64,000 bases of DNA, taken from Rhodopila sp. GTDB taxonomy: Bacteria > Pseudomonadota > Alphaproteobacteria > Acetobacterales > Acetobacteraceae. Each line of letters begins with the position of its first letter. The first letter of the stretch is position 1. The stretch covers positions 18,643 to 82,642 of the forward strand of contig NZ_DASZTJ010000033.1 in assembly GCF_035548235.1 (NCBI RefSeq), written 5' to 3'. Shown one piece after another: positions 21,140 to 29,347 of this stretch. The notes under the pieces were generated by a model. It was not told the DNA's origin. It was given only the letters and a program-made list of their open reading frames with translations, and searched no databases. Made by a program: the position numbers and the translations under genes.

Positions 21140-22930
21140 ATGGCCGAGAACGTCTCCGACTTCTTTTGGAAGCGGCTTCACGAGTGGGGAGTCCGCTGCG
21201 TCTTCGGGTACCCCGGCGACGGTATCAACGGTCTGCTTGGCGGCCTGCAGCGCCTGGGGGAAGACAAGATTCGCTTCGTCCAGGTGCGTCATGAGGAAAT
21301 GGCCGCCTTCATGGCGTCGGCATATGCCAAATTCACCGGTGAACTTGGTGTCTGCATCGCGACGTCCGGCCCAGGGGCATCGCACCTGATTACGGGCCTT
21401 TACGATGCAAGGCTGGACCATATGCCGGTCCTGGCGATCGCGGGGCAGCAGGCCCGCACGGCCGTCGGGGGGCATTACCAGCAGGAACTCGATCTCGTCA
21501 GCCTGTTCAAGGACGTCGCTGGCGCCTTCGTTTATCAGGCAAGCATGCCGGCTCAGGTCAGGCACCTGATCGACCGTGCCGTCCGCATTGCAGTGGGCGA
21601 GCGGCGGGTGACGGCCCTCGTGATGCCGAATGACCTTCAGGAAGACGAATACACGCCGCCCCCGCGTAAGCACGGAACGGTGCATTCCGGCGTCGGCTAC
21701 GCCGAACCGAAAGTCGTGCCGTATGAAGTGCATCTCCGCAGGGCGGCCGATGTGCTCAACGCCGGCAAGCGTGTCGCCATCCTTGTCGGCGCCGGCGCAC
21801 TGGGTGCGACGGACGAGGTCATTTCGGTTGCGGAGCGCCTCAACGCCGGCGTGGCGAAAGCGTTGCTGGGAAAGGCGGTAGTGCCGGACGATCTGCCATG
21901 GGTCACTGGCTCCATCGGCCTGCTTGGCACCAAGCCGAGCTGGGAAATGATGACCGATTGCGACACGTTGCTGATGATCGGATCTGGTTTTCCTTATTCC
22001 GAGTTCTTGCCGAAGGAAGGCGGCGCGCGCGGCGTGCAGATCGACATCGACCCGGGCATGCTCAGCGTCCGTTATCCGATGGAGGTCAACCTGGTCGGCG
22101 ACAGCGCGGAGACGTTGCGAGCCTTGTTGCCCATGCTGCAGCAGAAGGACGATCACGGTTGGCGTCAGCAGATCGAGAAGAACGTCGCCGCCTGGTGGAA
22201 GGACCTCGAGGCAAGAGCCCATGTCGACGCCAAGCCGGTCAACCCGCAGCGTGTGACCTGGGAGCTTTCCCCACGCTTGCCTGAACGGGCGATCATTACC
22301 AGCGACTCCGGCTCCTGTGCCAATTGGTACGCACGCGATCTGAAAATCCGCCGCGGCATGATGTGTTCGCTGTCCGGCGGACTCGCCTCTATGGGCGCGG
22401 CCGTACCTTACGCAATCGCCGCGAAGATCGGGCATCCGGATCGGCCGGTCATCGCTCTGGTCGGCGATGGCGCCATGCAGATGAACAACATGGCAGAGCT
22501 GATCACCGTCTCGAAATACTGGCGGGAATGGTCCGACCCGCGCTGGGTCGTATGCGTTTTCAACAACCAGGACCTCAACCAGGTGACCTGGGAGCAGCGC
22601 GTGATCAACGGCAACCCGAAATTCAGCGCCACGCAGCAGATACCCAACGTGCCGTATCACCGCTTCGCTGAACTGATCGGACTGCGCGGTATCTACGTCG
22701 ATACGCCGGACAGTCTTGGCGCGGCCTGGCAGGAGGCATTGGCGTCCGACCGGCCCGTCGTGCTGGAAGTCAAGACCGACCCCGAGGTGCCGCCCCTGCC
22801 GCCTCACATCACATTGGACCAGGCCCGCAAGTTCACCTCGATGCTGGCGAAGGGCGACCCCGACGAAGGCAACATGATGCTGGGGACCGCGAAGGAAGTG
22901 CTGGCGTCCATGCTGCCTGATCGCCGTTGA
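21140..22930 (+). CDS. Thiamine pyrophosphate-dependent enzyme (pyruvate oxidase/decarboxylase-like)
   Basis: FGYPGDG, RHEEMAAF, TSGPG, GDGAMQMN...NN TPP motif. Confidence 0.92.
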   Translation: MAENVSDFFWKRLHEWGVRCVFGYPGDGINGLLGGLQRLGEDKIRFVQVRHEEMAAFMASAYAKFTGELGVCIATSGPGASHLITGLYDARLDHMPVLAIAGQQARTAVGGHYQQELDLVSLFKDVAGAFVYQASMPAQVRHLIDRAVRIAVGERRVTALVMPNDLQEDEYTPPPRKHGTVHSGVGYAEPKVVPYEVHLRRAADVLNAGKRVAILVGAGALGATDEVISVAERLNAGVAKALLGKAVVPDDLPWVTGSIGLLGTKPSWEMMTDCDTLLMIGSGFPYSEFLPKEGGARGVQIDIDPGMLSVRYPMEVNLVGDSAETLRALLPMLQQKDDHGWRQQIEKNVAAWWKDLEARAHVDAKPVNPQRVTWELSPRLPERAIITSDSGSCANWYARDLKIRRGMMCSLSGGLASMGAAVPYAIAAKIGHPDRPVIALVGDGAMQMNNMAELITVSKYWREWSDPRWVVCVFNNQDLNQVTWEQRVINGNPKFSATQQIPNVPYHRFAELIGLRGIYVDTPDSLGAAWQEALASDRPVVLEVKTDPEVPPLPPHITLDQARKFTSMLAKGDPDEGNMMLGTAKEVLASMLPDRR

Positions 22931-22933
22931 TCC

Positions 22934-23836
22934 ATGGCGGCACGGCTCAGTCTGTCGGAGATGCGTCAGGAGCTCGATAGCCTGTCAACGTCGCTTCAGC
23001 ATGCGGAGGCCTATGACGGAGCGACGTTGCGGGCGGCACGGCGTCTGAACCGCGCATCAGGCCTGCTGGCGACATCGGTCCTGCTGGACAGCGCTGTGGA
23101 GCACGACCGGGGCGGCTTCGAAAACCGCGCCATGTACATCCCGCTGGTCGTTTCAACCCTGGTGCTGGCTGTCAGCGCGCATGGAACCGCGGACAGGCGC
23201 CCCGCATCGCACAGGATGCGGCAGATCGTCTACGGCGTGAGCGCAGCGACAGGGGTGTTGGGGACGAGCTTCCATCTGTACAACGTGTTGAAGCGCCCCG
23301 GCGCGTGGTCCTGGCAGAACCTCTTTTACGGTGCGCCGCTGGGAGCGCCGTTTGCGATCCTGTTGGCCGGTCTTCTGGGTTCGGCGGCAGAGCACGCCCG
23401 CGACAACCCGCCGTCACGCGCGCGAATCCTGGGGTTTCCGGCGGGACGGTTCATCGGCGCCATCAGCGGCGTGGGGATGCTTGGGACGACCGCCGAAGCC
23501 GGACTGCTGCATTTTCGCGGCGCCTTCCACAATCCGGCCATGCTGGCCCCGGTGACGATGCCCCCCGTGGGCGCCGCGCTTCTGCTGAATGCCGTCATGG
23601 GACCGAAGGGGAGAGACCGCCGCGTGGCACGCTGGTGGCTGCGGCTGGTCGCCTGGATGGGGTTCGCCGGCGTCGGCTTCCATGTTTTCGGCGTGCAGCG
23701 CAACATGGGCGGGTGGTCCAACTGGCGGCAGAACCTGCTCAACGGTCCCCCGATTCCAGCGCCGCCCAGCTTCGCCAGTCTCGCGTTGGCTGGGCTGGCG
23801 GCATTGGGCCTGCTGGAAGACCACCCCGATGGATGA
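22934..23836 (+). CDS. Membrane protein, internally duplicated (2 x 4 TM), conserved His
   Basis: EHDRGGFENRAM vs LHFRGAFHNPAM; FHLYNV...WSWQNL vs FHVFGV...WSNWRQNL. Confidence 0.8.
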   Translation: MAARLSLSEMRQELDSLSTSLQHAEAYDGATLRAARRLNRASGLLATSVLLDSAVEHDRGGFENRAMYIPLVVSTLVLAVSAHGTADRRPASHRMRQIVYGVSAATGVLGTSFHLYNVLKRPGAWSWQNLFYGAPLGAPFAILLAGLLGSAAEHARDNPPSRARILGFPAGRFIGAISGVGMLGTTAEAGLLHFRGAFHNPAMLAPVTMPPVGAALLLNAVMGPKGRDRRVARWWLRLVAWMGFAGVGFHVFGVQRNMGGWSNWRQNLLNGPPIPAPPSFASLALAGLAALGLLEDHPDG

Positions 23837-24470
23837 ACGCTATCCCGGCTACGACGTCCTGGCGAAGCGAAACACGCCGTCCTGGAACGTCCAGACGCGC
23901 CGTGTCATCGACCGGCGTCTCGCCGTGCCGCGGGAACCCAGGTTTTTCTCGCAAGCCGAATTTCGGACGCTGGAGGCAATCGCCGCGCGTATCGTGCCCC
24001 AGCCGCCGGACAGGCCGCCTGTTCCCGTCGCGGCATTGATCGACGACAGAATGGTCCGGCAGCAGCACGACGGATATCGGCCGCCGCATATGCCGCGCGA
24101 CGACGAGGCCTGGAAGCTCGGCCTGCGGGCGATCGATGCCGAAGCCGAAGCCTTATGCGGCGCCGCCTTTCATCGGCTCCATTCCGCCCGGAAAGATGAG
24201 GTCCTGCAGCACATCGAGCGGGGCGGCGGCAATCGGTCGGAATGGGGCGGGATGCCGTCTCGCACGTTCTTCCACCAGCGGCTGGTGGCGGACATCGTGC
24301 GCGCCTACTGGTCGCATCCGGCGGCCTGGAGCGAGATCGGCTGGGGCGGTCCGGCAAGTCCGCGCGGGTATGTCCGCATGGGCTACGACCGGCGAGACCC
24401 GTGGGAGGCCGTGGAGGCCCATCCCCATGACTATGATGCGACCAGGAAGGCGAACCGGCGTGTCGGGTGA
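23829..24470 (+). CDS. Gluconate 2-dehydrogenase subunit 3 family protein (no Tat signal)
   Basis: TLEAIAARIVP, AYWSHPAAWSEIGWGGPA; overlaps both neighbours. Confidence 0.82.
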   Translation: MDERYPGYDVLAKRNTPSWNVQTRRVIDRRLAVPREPRFFSQAEFRTLEAIAARIVPQPPDRPPVPVAALIDDRMVRQQHDGYRPPHMPRDDEAWKLGLRAIDAEAEALCGAAFHRLHSARKDEVLQHIERGGGNRSEWGGMPSRTFFHQRLVADIVRAYWSHPAAWSEIGWGGPASPRGYVRMGYDRRDPWEAVEAHPHDYDATRKANRRVG

Positions 24471-26103
24471 CCCGTTCTCAACGCCGCGCGGCAGGGGCGG
24501 CCGCGCCCCGGATGTCTTCCGGCCCGGCGGTTGGATGCCGATGCGGCGTTATGCACACTCCGACGAGGTCGACTTCTTGATCGTCGGCACTGGCGCGGGT
24601 GGCGCCACGCTCGGCTGCCGGCTGGCTAAAATGGGATTCTCCGTCGTCGGTCTGGATGCCGGACCTTGGTTTCGGCCGCTGGAGGATTTTGCATCCGACG
24701 AGGCGGAGCAGGCGAAACTGTACTGGACCGACGACCGGATCTCCGGCGGCGACAATCCGGTTCAGCTTGGCGCCAACAACAGCGGCAAGGCGGTTGGCGG
24801 CAGTACCGTCCATTTTGCCATGGTCTCCCTGCGCTTCAGGCCGGAGTGGTTCAAGTCCCGCACCCTGCTGGGTTACGGAGCCGACTGGCCCGTCGATTGG
24901 CAGGAGATGTGGTCCTATTACCGTCAGGTCGAGGAAGCGCTGATGATCAGCGGTCCGCTGACCTATCCCTGGGGACCGAAGCGACCGAGCTATCCGTATC
25001 GTGCGCATGAACTCAATGCGGCGGCGCTCGCGCTGGCCGAGGGCTGCGAGGCGATGGGCATCGCCTGGACCGAGACGCCGCTGGCGACTTTGTCGGCGCC
25101 CCGCGGCCTGGCGCATCCCTGCGTTTACCGCGGCTTCTGCGTGTCCGGATGCTCGACCAACGCCAAGCAGAGTGCGCTGGTCACCTGGATTCCCCGCGCG
25201 GTGGCGGCCGGTGCGGAAATCCGGGACCTGGCGATGGCGGGCCGCATTGAAATGGGGCAGGCGGGCCGGGTGACGGGCGTTCACTACCATCGCGAAGGGC
25301 GCTGGCATTTCCAACGGGCACGGAACGTCGTTGTTGCCGGTTACGCGATCGAAACGCCAAGGTTATTGCTGAACTCGGCGACAGACCGCTACCCGCATGG
25401 GCTGGCGAATAGCTCCGGCCTGGTCGGACGGTATTTCACCGTGCAGGCGAACCAGGCAGTCTGGGGCGTTTCCCCCCGGGAAATCCGTGGATACAAGGGG
25501 CCGCCGTCGTTGGCCCTGACGGAGCACTGGAATTACGACGACAGCAAGGATTTCTTCGGCGGCTACTGTTACATGAGCCAAGGACCGTTGCCGCAGCTCT
25601 GGGCCAATACTGTCGCGAACGGTCGCGGTTTCTGGGGTGACCGTCTGATGGCGGCGATGAAGGACTACAATCACCAGGTCGGATTGAAGATCGTCGGCGA
25701 AATGATGCCGCAGGAGCGGAATCGCGTCACGCTTGCGGATGAAACCGATCAGTACGGCCTTCGCATCGCCAGTGTCGAGTATAGCTGGTGCGACAATGAC
25801 AAAGCCCTGATCGACCACTCCTTGAAGTTCATGTCGCAAGCGCTGCAGGCCATTGACTGCCGCGACATCTGGTCCCAGACCGACGACACTTGCCATATGA
25901 ACGGCACCGCGCGCATGGGGGATGATCCGCGCACCAGCGTGGTCGATGCGGATTGCCGAAGCTGGGACATACGCAATCTGTGGATTTGCGACGGGTCTGT
26001 CTTTCCTACCGTCGGCGGCGTGAACCCGTCGTTGACCATCCAGGCGATCGCCTGCCGCACTGCCGACCGGATCCGCTTATTATCGTCTCGCGGCGAACTT
26101 TAA
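24460..26103 (+). CDS. GMC family FAD oxidoreductase with CX5CX3C Fe-S motif
   Basis: IVGTGAGG Rossmann fold, CVYRGFCVSGC, HMNGTARMG, DGSVFPT; GTG start inferred. Confidence 0.9.
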   Translation: MSGDPFSTPRGRGGRAPDVFRPGGWMPMRRYAHSDEVDFLIVGTGAGGATLGCRLAKMGFSVVGLDAGPWFRPLEDFASDEAEQAKLYWTDDRISGGDNPVQLGANNSGKAVGGSTVHFAMVSLRFRPEWFKSRTLLGYGADWPVDWQEMWSYYRQVEEALMISGPLTYPWGPKRPSYPYRAHELNAAALALAEGCEAMGIAWTETPLATLSAPRGLAHPCVYRGFCVSGCSTNAKQSALVTWIPRAVAAGAEIRDLAMAGRIEMGQAGRVTGVHYHREGRWHFQRARNVVVAGYAIETPRLLLNSATDRYPHGLANSSGLVGRYFTVQANQAVWGVSPREIRGYKGPPSLALTEHWNYDDSKDFFGGYCYMSQGPLPQLWANTVANGRGFWGDRLMAAMKDYNHQVGLKIVGEMMPQERNRVTLADETDQYGLRIASVEYSWCDNDKALIDHSLKFMSQALQAIDCRDIWSQTDDTCHMNGTARMGDDPRTSVVDADCRSWDIRNLWICDGSVFPTVGGVNPSLTIQAIACRTADRIRLLSSRGEL

Positions 26104-26343
26104 TCGCGGTCCACCCTTCACACCGAAAGTTCATCCGCCCGGCTCAAACGACTGACGGTGAATCCGGTTGGAGAAGACAGCGGGCGGGCCTCTGCCCAGT
26201 CCGCTTTCCTTCCCATGGCAGCGGAGCGTGCTCGTGCCCTCGGCAGTTGTTTGCGTGCTGGCGAAACGTTATCCGGTTGCAGGCGGCGAGGCCGGAACGT
26301 GCAAGGCCGCCCAACGCCGAACGATCCATTGCGGGTCGGCGCG

Positions 26344-27570
26344 GTGAGCAGCGTCGCCGGGCTTGGCCCCGCCGTGGCGGCGGCGCACAGGAAGGGCGCG
26401 AAACCTCGGAGACCAAGGCGGCTCGCCGCAATCCTGGATCTGGATGATTTCGAACGCGCGGCGAGGCCCAGGCTGCCAGCGGCCGTGTATGGCTACGTGG
26501 CGCATGGTGCGGAGACGGAGACGACGTTGAGGGCAAACCGAGCGGCGTTCGATGCATGGCGGCTGGTGACACGAGTGCTTGCCGGGGTGGAGGAGCGGCG
26601 CCAGGACATCCAACTCTTTGGCCGTCGCTATGATGCGCCGTTTGGCATCGCCCCGATGGGCGGCAGTGCGCTGGTCGCCTACCAGGGTCACACCGTGATG
26701 GCCCAGGCGGCGGCCAGTGCGAAAATCCCTTTCATCCTGAGTGCCAATTCGATCATTCCATTGGAAGAAGTCGCCGAGGCGAATCCCGGCCTTTGGTTCG
26801 CGGCCTATCAATCCCCCGATCAGGCCGCCATCGAAGGCATGGTCGAACGCATATCTCGCGCTGGCGTCGGCGCGTTGGTGGTGACGGCGGATGTGCCCAT
26901 CGGATCCAATCGGGAAGCCGATGCAAGGGCAGGCTTCGGATTTCCGATCCGTCCGAACTGGGAACTGGGTTGGGACGTGGCGACACATCCCCGGTGGCTG
27001 GTCTCTGTCCTGGGCCGCACAGTGCTGAAACGCAGGAATCCCCACATCGACAACCTGGAGCCGTGGGGCGGCCCGGGCCTATTCTCCCGGGAAGTCGCGG
27101 GTATCGCGGCACATGAGGCGTTACGCTGGCGCCATATCCAGATGATACGCGAATTGTGGAAGGGCCCTTTGATCATCAAGGGCATCCTGTCGGCCGACGA
27201 CGCCGTAATCGCTCGGGACTACGGAGCGGACGGCATCATCCTGTCCAATCATGGCGGCCGTCAGCTCGATCAGGCGGTAGCGCCATTGCAGGTCCTGCCG
27301 AAGATCTTGAAGCGAGCCAGTGGTTTGACGGTCATGATGGATAGCGGGGTACGCAGGGGAACTGACGTCATCAAAGCCCTGGCCTTGGGGGCGGACGCGG
27401 TCTTCGTGGGGAGGCCTTTCCTGTTTGCCGCGGCGTACGGCGGCCAAGCGGGCGTCGGGCATGCGATCTCACTGCTGTCGAAGGAAATCGATCGGGACAT
27501 GGCGATGCTCGGCGTACGCCGGATCGAGGAAATCGGTCCGGAGATGCTGCACAGCATGTCGGATGGCTAA
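26344..27570 (+). CDS. FMN-dependent alpha-hydroxy acid oxidase (LldD-like); start uncertain
   Basis: APFGIAPMG, IIKGIL, SNHGGRQLD, DSGVRRGTD. Confidence 0.88.
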   Translation: MSSVAGLGPAVAAAHRKGAKPRRPRRLAAILDLDDFERAARPRLPAAVYGYVAHGAETETTLRANRAAFDAWRLVTRVLAGVEERRQDIQLFGRRYDAPFGIAPMGGSALVAYQGHTVMAQAAASAKIPFILSANSIIPLEEVAEANPGLWFAAYQSPDQAAIEGMVERISRAGVGALVVTADVPIGSNREADARAGFGFPIRPNWELGWDVATHPRWLVSVLGRTVLKRRNPHIDNLEPWGGPGLFSREVAGIAAHEALRWRHIQMIRELWKGPLIIKGILSADDAVIARDYGADGIILSNHGGRQLDQAVAPLQVLPKILKRASGLTVMMDSGVRRGTDVIKALALGADAVFVGRPFLFAAAYGGQAGVGHAISLLSKEIDRDMAMLGVRRIEEIGPEMLHSMSDG

Positions 27571-27698
27571 GGTCGGAGATCAGATCACGAGAAAAGTGTT
27601 CCCGGCAGTCGGCCACGCCGATGGTCTGTCGAACGTTGGCCTGTCACGTCCCAGATCGGGACGAAGCAGCCAGATACCAGGTGAGCGAGGCATCCACC

Positions 27699-28367
27699 AT
27701 GACGGATAGCAATAACCCACCAGGCCGGCGAACGGGCGCCAGGGCAATCGTGGAAAGAGCGTTACAAGCGGAACAACGCGACGAGGACGAGAAGGCGGGA
27801 GAGCTGGTCGAACAGGCCGTGCGAATCGATCCGGACGAGGTCGCCTCTGTCCTGCAGGAACAATCGTCGACTCCGTCGGCGCCGATTCATGCGGGTTCTT
27901 CCTTCGCCATCGTTTTGACGATCAACGGACAGCGCCACGAGTTGATGATCGACGCTCGCACCACGCTACTGGACGCCCTGCGCGACCGGTTGCACCTGAC
28001 GGGCACCAAGCGCGGCTGTGATCTCGGCCAGTGTGGGGCCTGCACCGTTCTACTCGATGGCCGCGCGGTGAATGCGTGCATGATGTTCGCGGTCATGGCG
28101 GAGGGGCATGACGTCCTGACAATCGAAGGCCTGGCCGCGGACGGAAAGCTTCATCCCGTTCAGAAGGCGTTCATCGATTGCGACGCGCTTCAGTGCGGCT
28201 ACTGCACGCCGGGCCAGATCATGAATGCGGTGGGAATGATACGCGCCGGCAGGCTCAACTCCGACGACGAAATCCGAGAAGGCATGAGCGGCAATATCTG
28301 TCGGTGCGGCGCCTATCCTGGCATCGTGCAAGCCGTCCTCGCCGCGATGACGGAGATCGCCGAATGA
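27699..28367 (+). CDS. Xanthine dehydrogenase family 2Fe-2S subunit (PaoA/YagT-like) with N-terminal helical extension
   Basis: GTKRGCDLGQCGACTV and QCGYCTPG...CRCGAY. Confidence 0.93.
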   Translation: MTDSNNPPGRRTGARAIVERALQAEQRDEDEKAGELVEQAVRIDPDEVASVLQEQSSTPSAPIHAGSSFAIVLTINGQRHELMIDARTTLLDALRDRLHLTGTKRGCDLGQCGACTVLLDGRAVNACMMFAVMAEGHDVLTIEGLAADGKLHPVQKAFIDCDALQCGYCTPGQIMNAVGMIRAGRLNSDDEIREGMSGNICRCGAYPGIVQAVLAAMTEIAE

Positions 28368-29347
28368 ACCCGTTCACCTACACCAGGGCCGGCGACGCGC
28401 AGCAGGCGATCAACGCCTTCCAGGGAAGCCCGGGTCCGTTCTATGTGGCCGGCGCGACGGATGTCATGCAGTTGCTGCGGGAGGATGTTTATAGTCCCGG
28501 TACCCTGGTCGATATCAGCAGCCTGCCATACACTCAGGTCGAGGTCGGCCCGCGCGGTGCGCGCATAGGCGCTTTGGCCCGGCTGGCGGATGTTGCCGAT
28601 GATGATGCCGTGCTCCGCTATTATCCTCTTCTTGCCCGGGTGCTTAGGGAAACCGCCTCGACCCAGATACGGAACGTGGCGACGATGGGCGGCAATCTGC
28701 TGCAGCGGACACGCTGTCTGTATTTCCGCGACGCTCATACCGCTTGCAACAAACGCCGTCCGGGATCGGGATGTGCGGCGATGCGGGGTGCGAACCGGAT
28801 CAACGCGATCCTGGGCACCAGCGAGCAATGCATTGCGGCCTATCCGGGCGACATGGCGGTCGCGCTTGTGGTGCTGGATGCGCATATTCAGCTTGAAGGG
28901 CCGGACGGACCCCGGAGCGTTCCGGTGGCGGAATTGCACCGGGTTCCGGCCGACGATCCGGCACACGACACGACGCTGCGGCCTGGTGAAATCATTACCC
29001 GCATAGACCTTCCCGCGAGCCGCTTCGCCGAGAGCTGCGCTTTCGTGAAGGCTCGTGATCGAATGACGTTCGAATGGGCCTTGGCGTCTGCGGCGGTCGG
29101 ATTGGAGATGGATGGCGGAACGGTGAGGGTCGCGCGCGTCGCCGCCGGAGGCGTCGGAACGGTGCCTTGGCCCCTGCCGCGCGTTGAACATGCCCTGATC
29201 GGGAAGGCACTGAGCGCTGAACGCGCGGCAAAGGCGGCAGCGCTCTCTGTGGAAGGCGCTCGAAGCGCGGGTGACAATGGTTTCAAGCTGAAACTCCTTC
29301 CGCGCGTGGTGGAGCAGGCAATCCTCGCGGCTGGAGGCCAGGCATGA
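28364..29347 (+). CDS. Xanthine dehydrogenase family FAD subunit (PaoB/YagS-like) with 4-Cys insert
   Basis: ATGA overlap; QIRNVATMGGNLLQRTRC..FR...CNKR.PGSGC...CIA. Confidence 0.92.
   Translation: MNPFTYTRAGDAQQAINAFQGSPGPFYVAGATDVMQLLREDVYSPGTLVDISSLPYTQVEVGPRGARIGALARLADVADDDAVLRYYPLLARVLRETASTQIRNVATMGGNLLQRTRCLYFRDAHTACNKRRPGSGCAAMRGANRINAILGTSEQCIAAYPGDMAVALVVLDAHIQLEGPDGPRSVPVAELHRVPADDPAHDTTLRPGEIITRIDLPASRFAESCAFVKARDRMTFEWALASAAVGLEMDGGTVRVARVAAGGVGTVPWPLPRVEHALIGKALSAERAAKAAALSVEGARSAGDNGFKLKLLPRVVEQAILAAGGQA

Noticed and set aside
26158-26343. N-terminal extension of the first alpha-hydroxy acid oxidase; EcfG-type promoter near 26295
   Set aside because: The extension is low-complexity with no support; GGAAC is followed by CGCC rather than CGTT at the required spacing.
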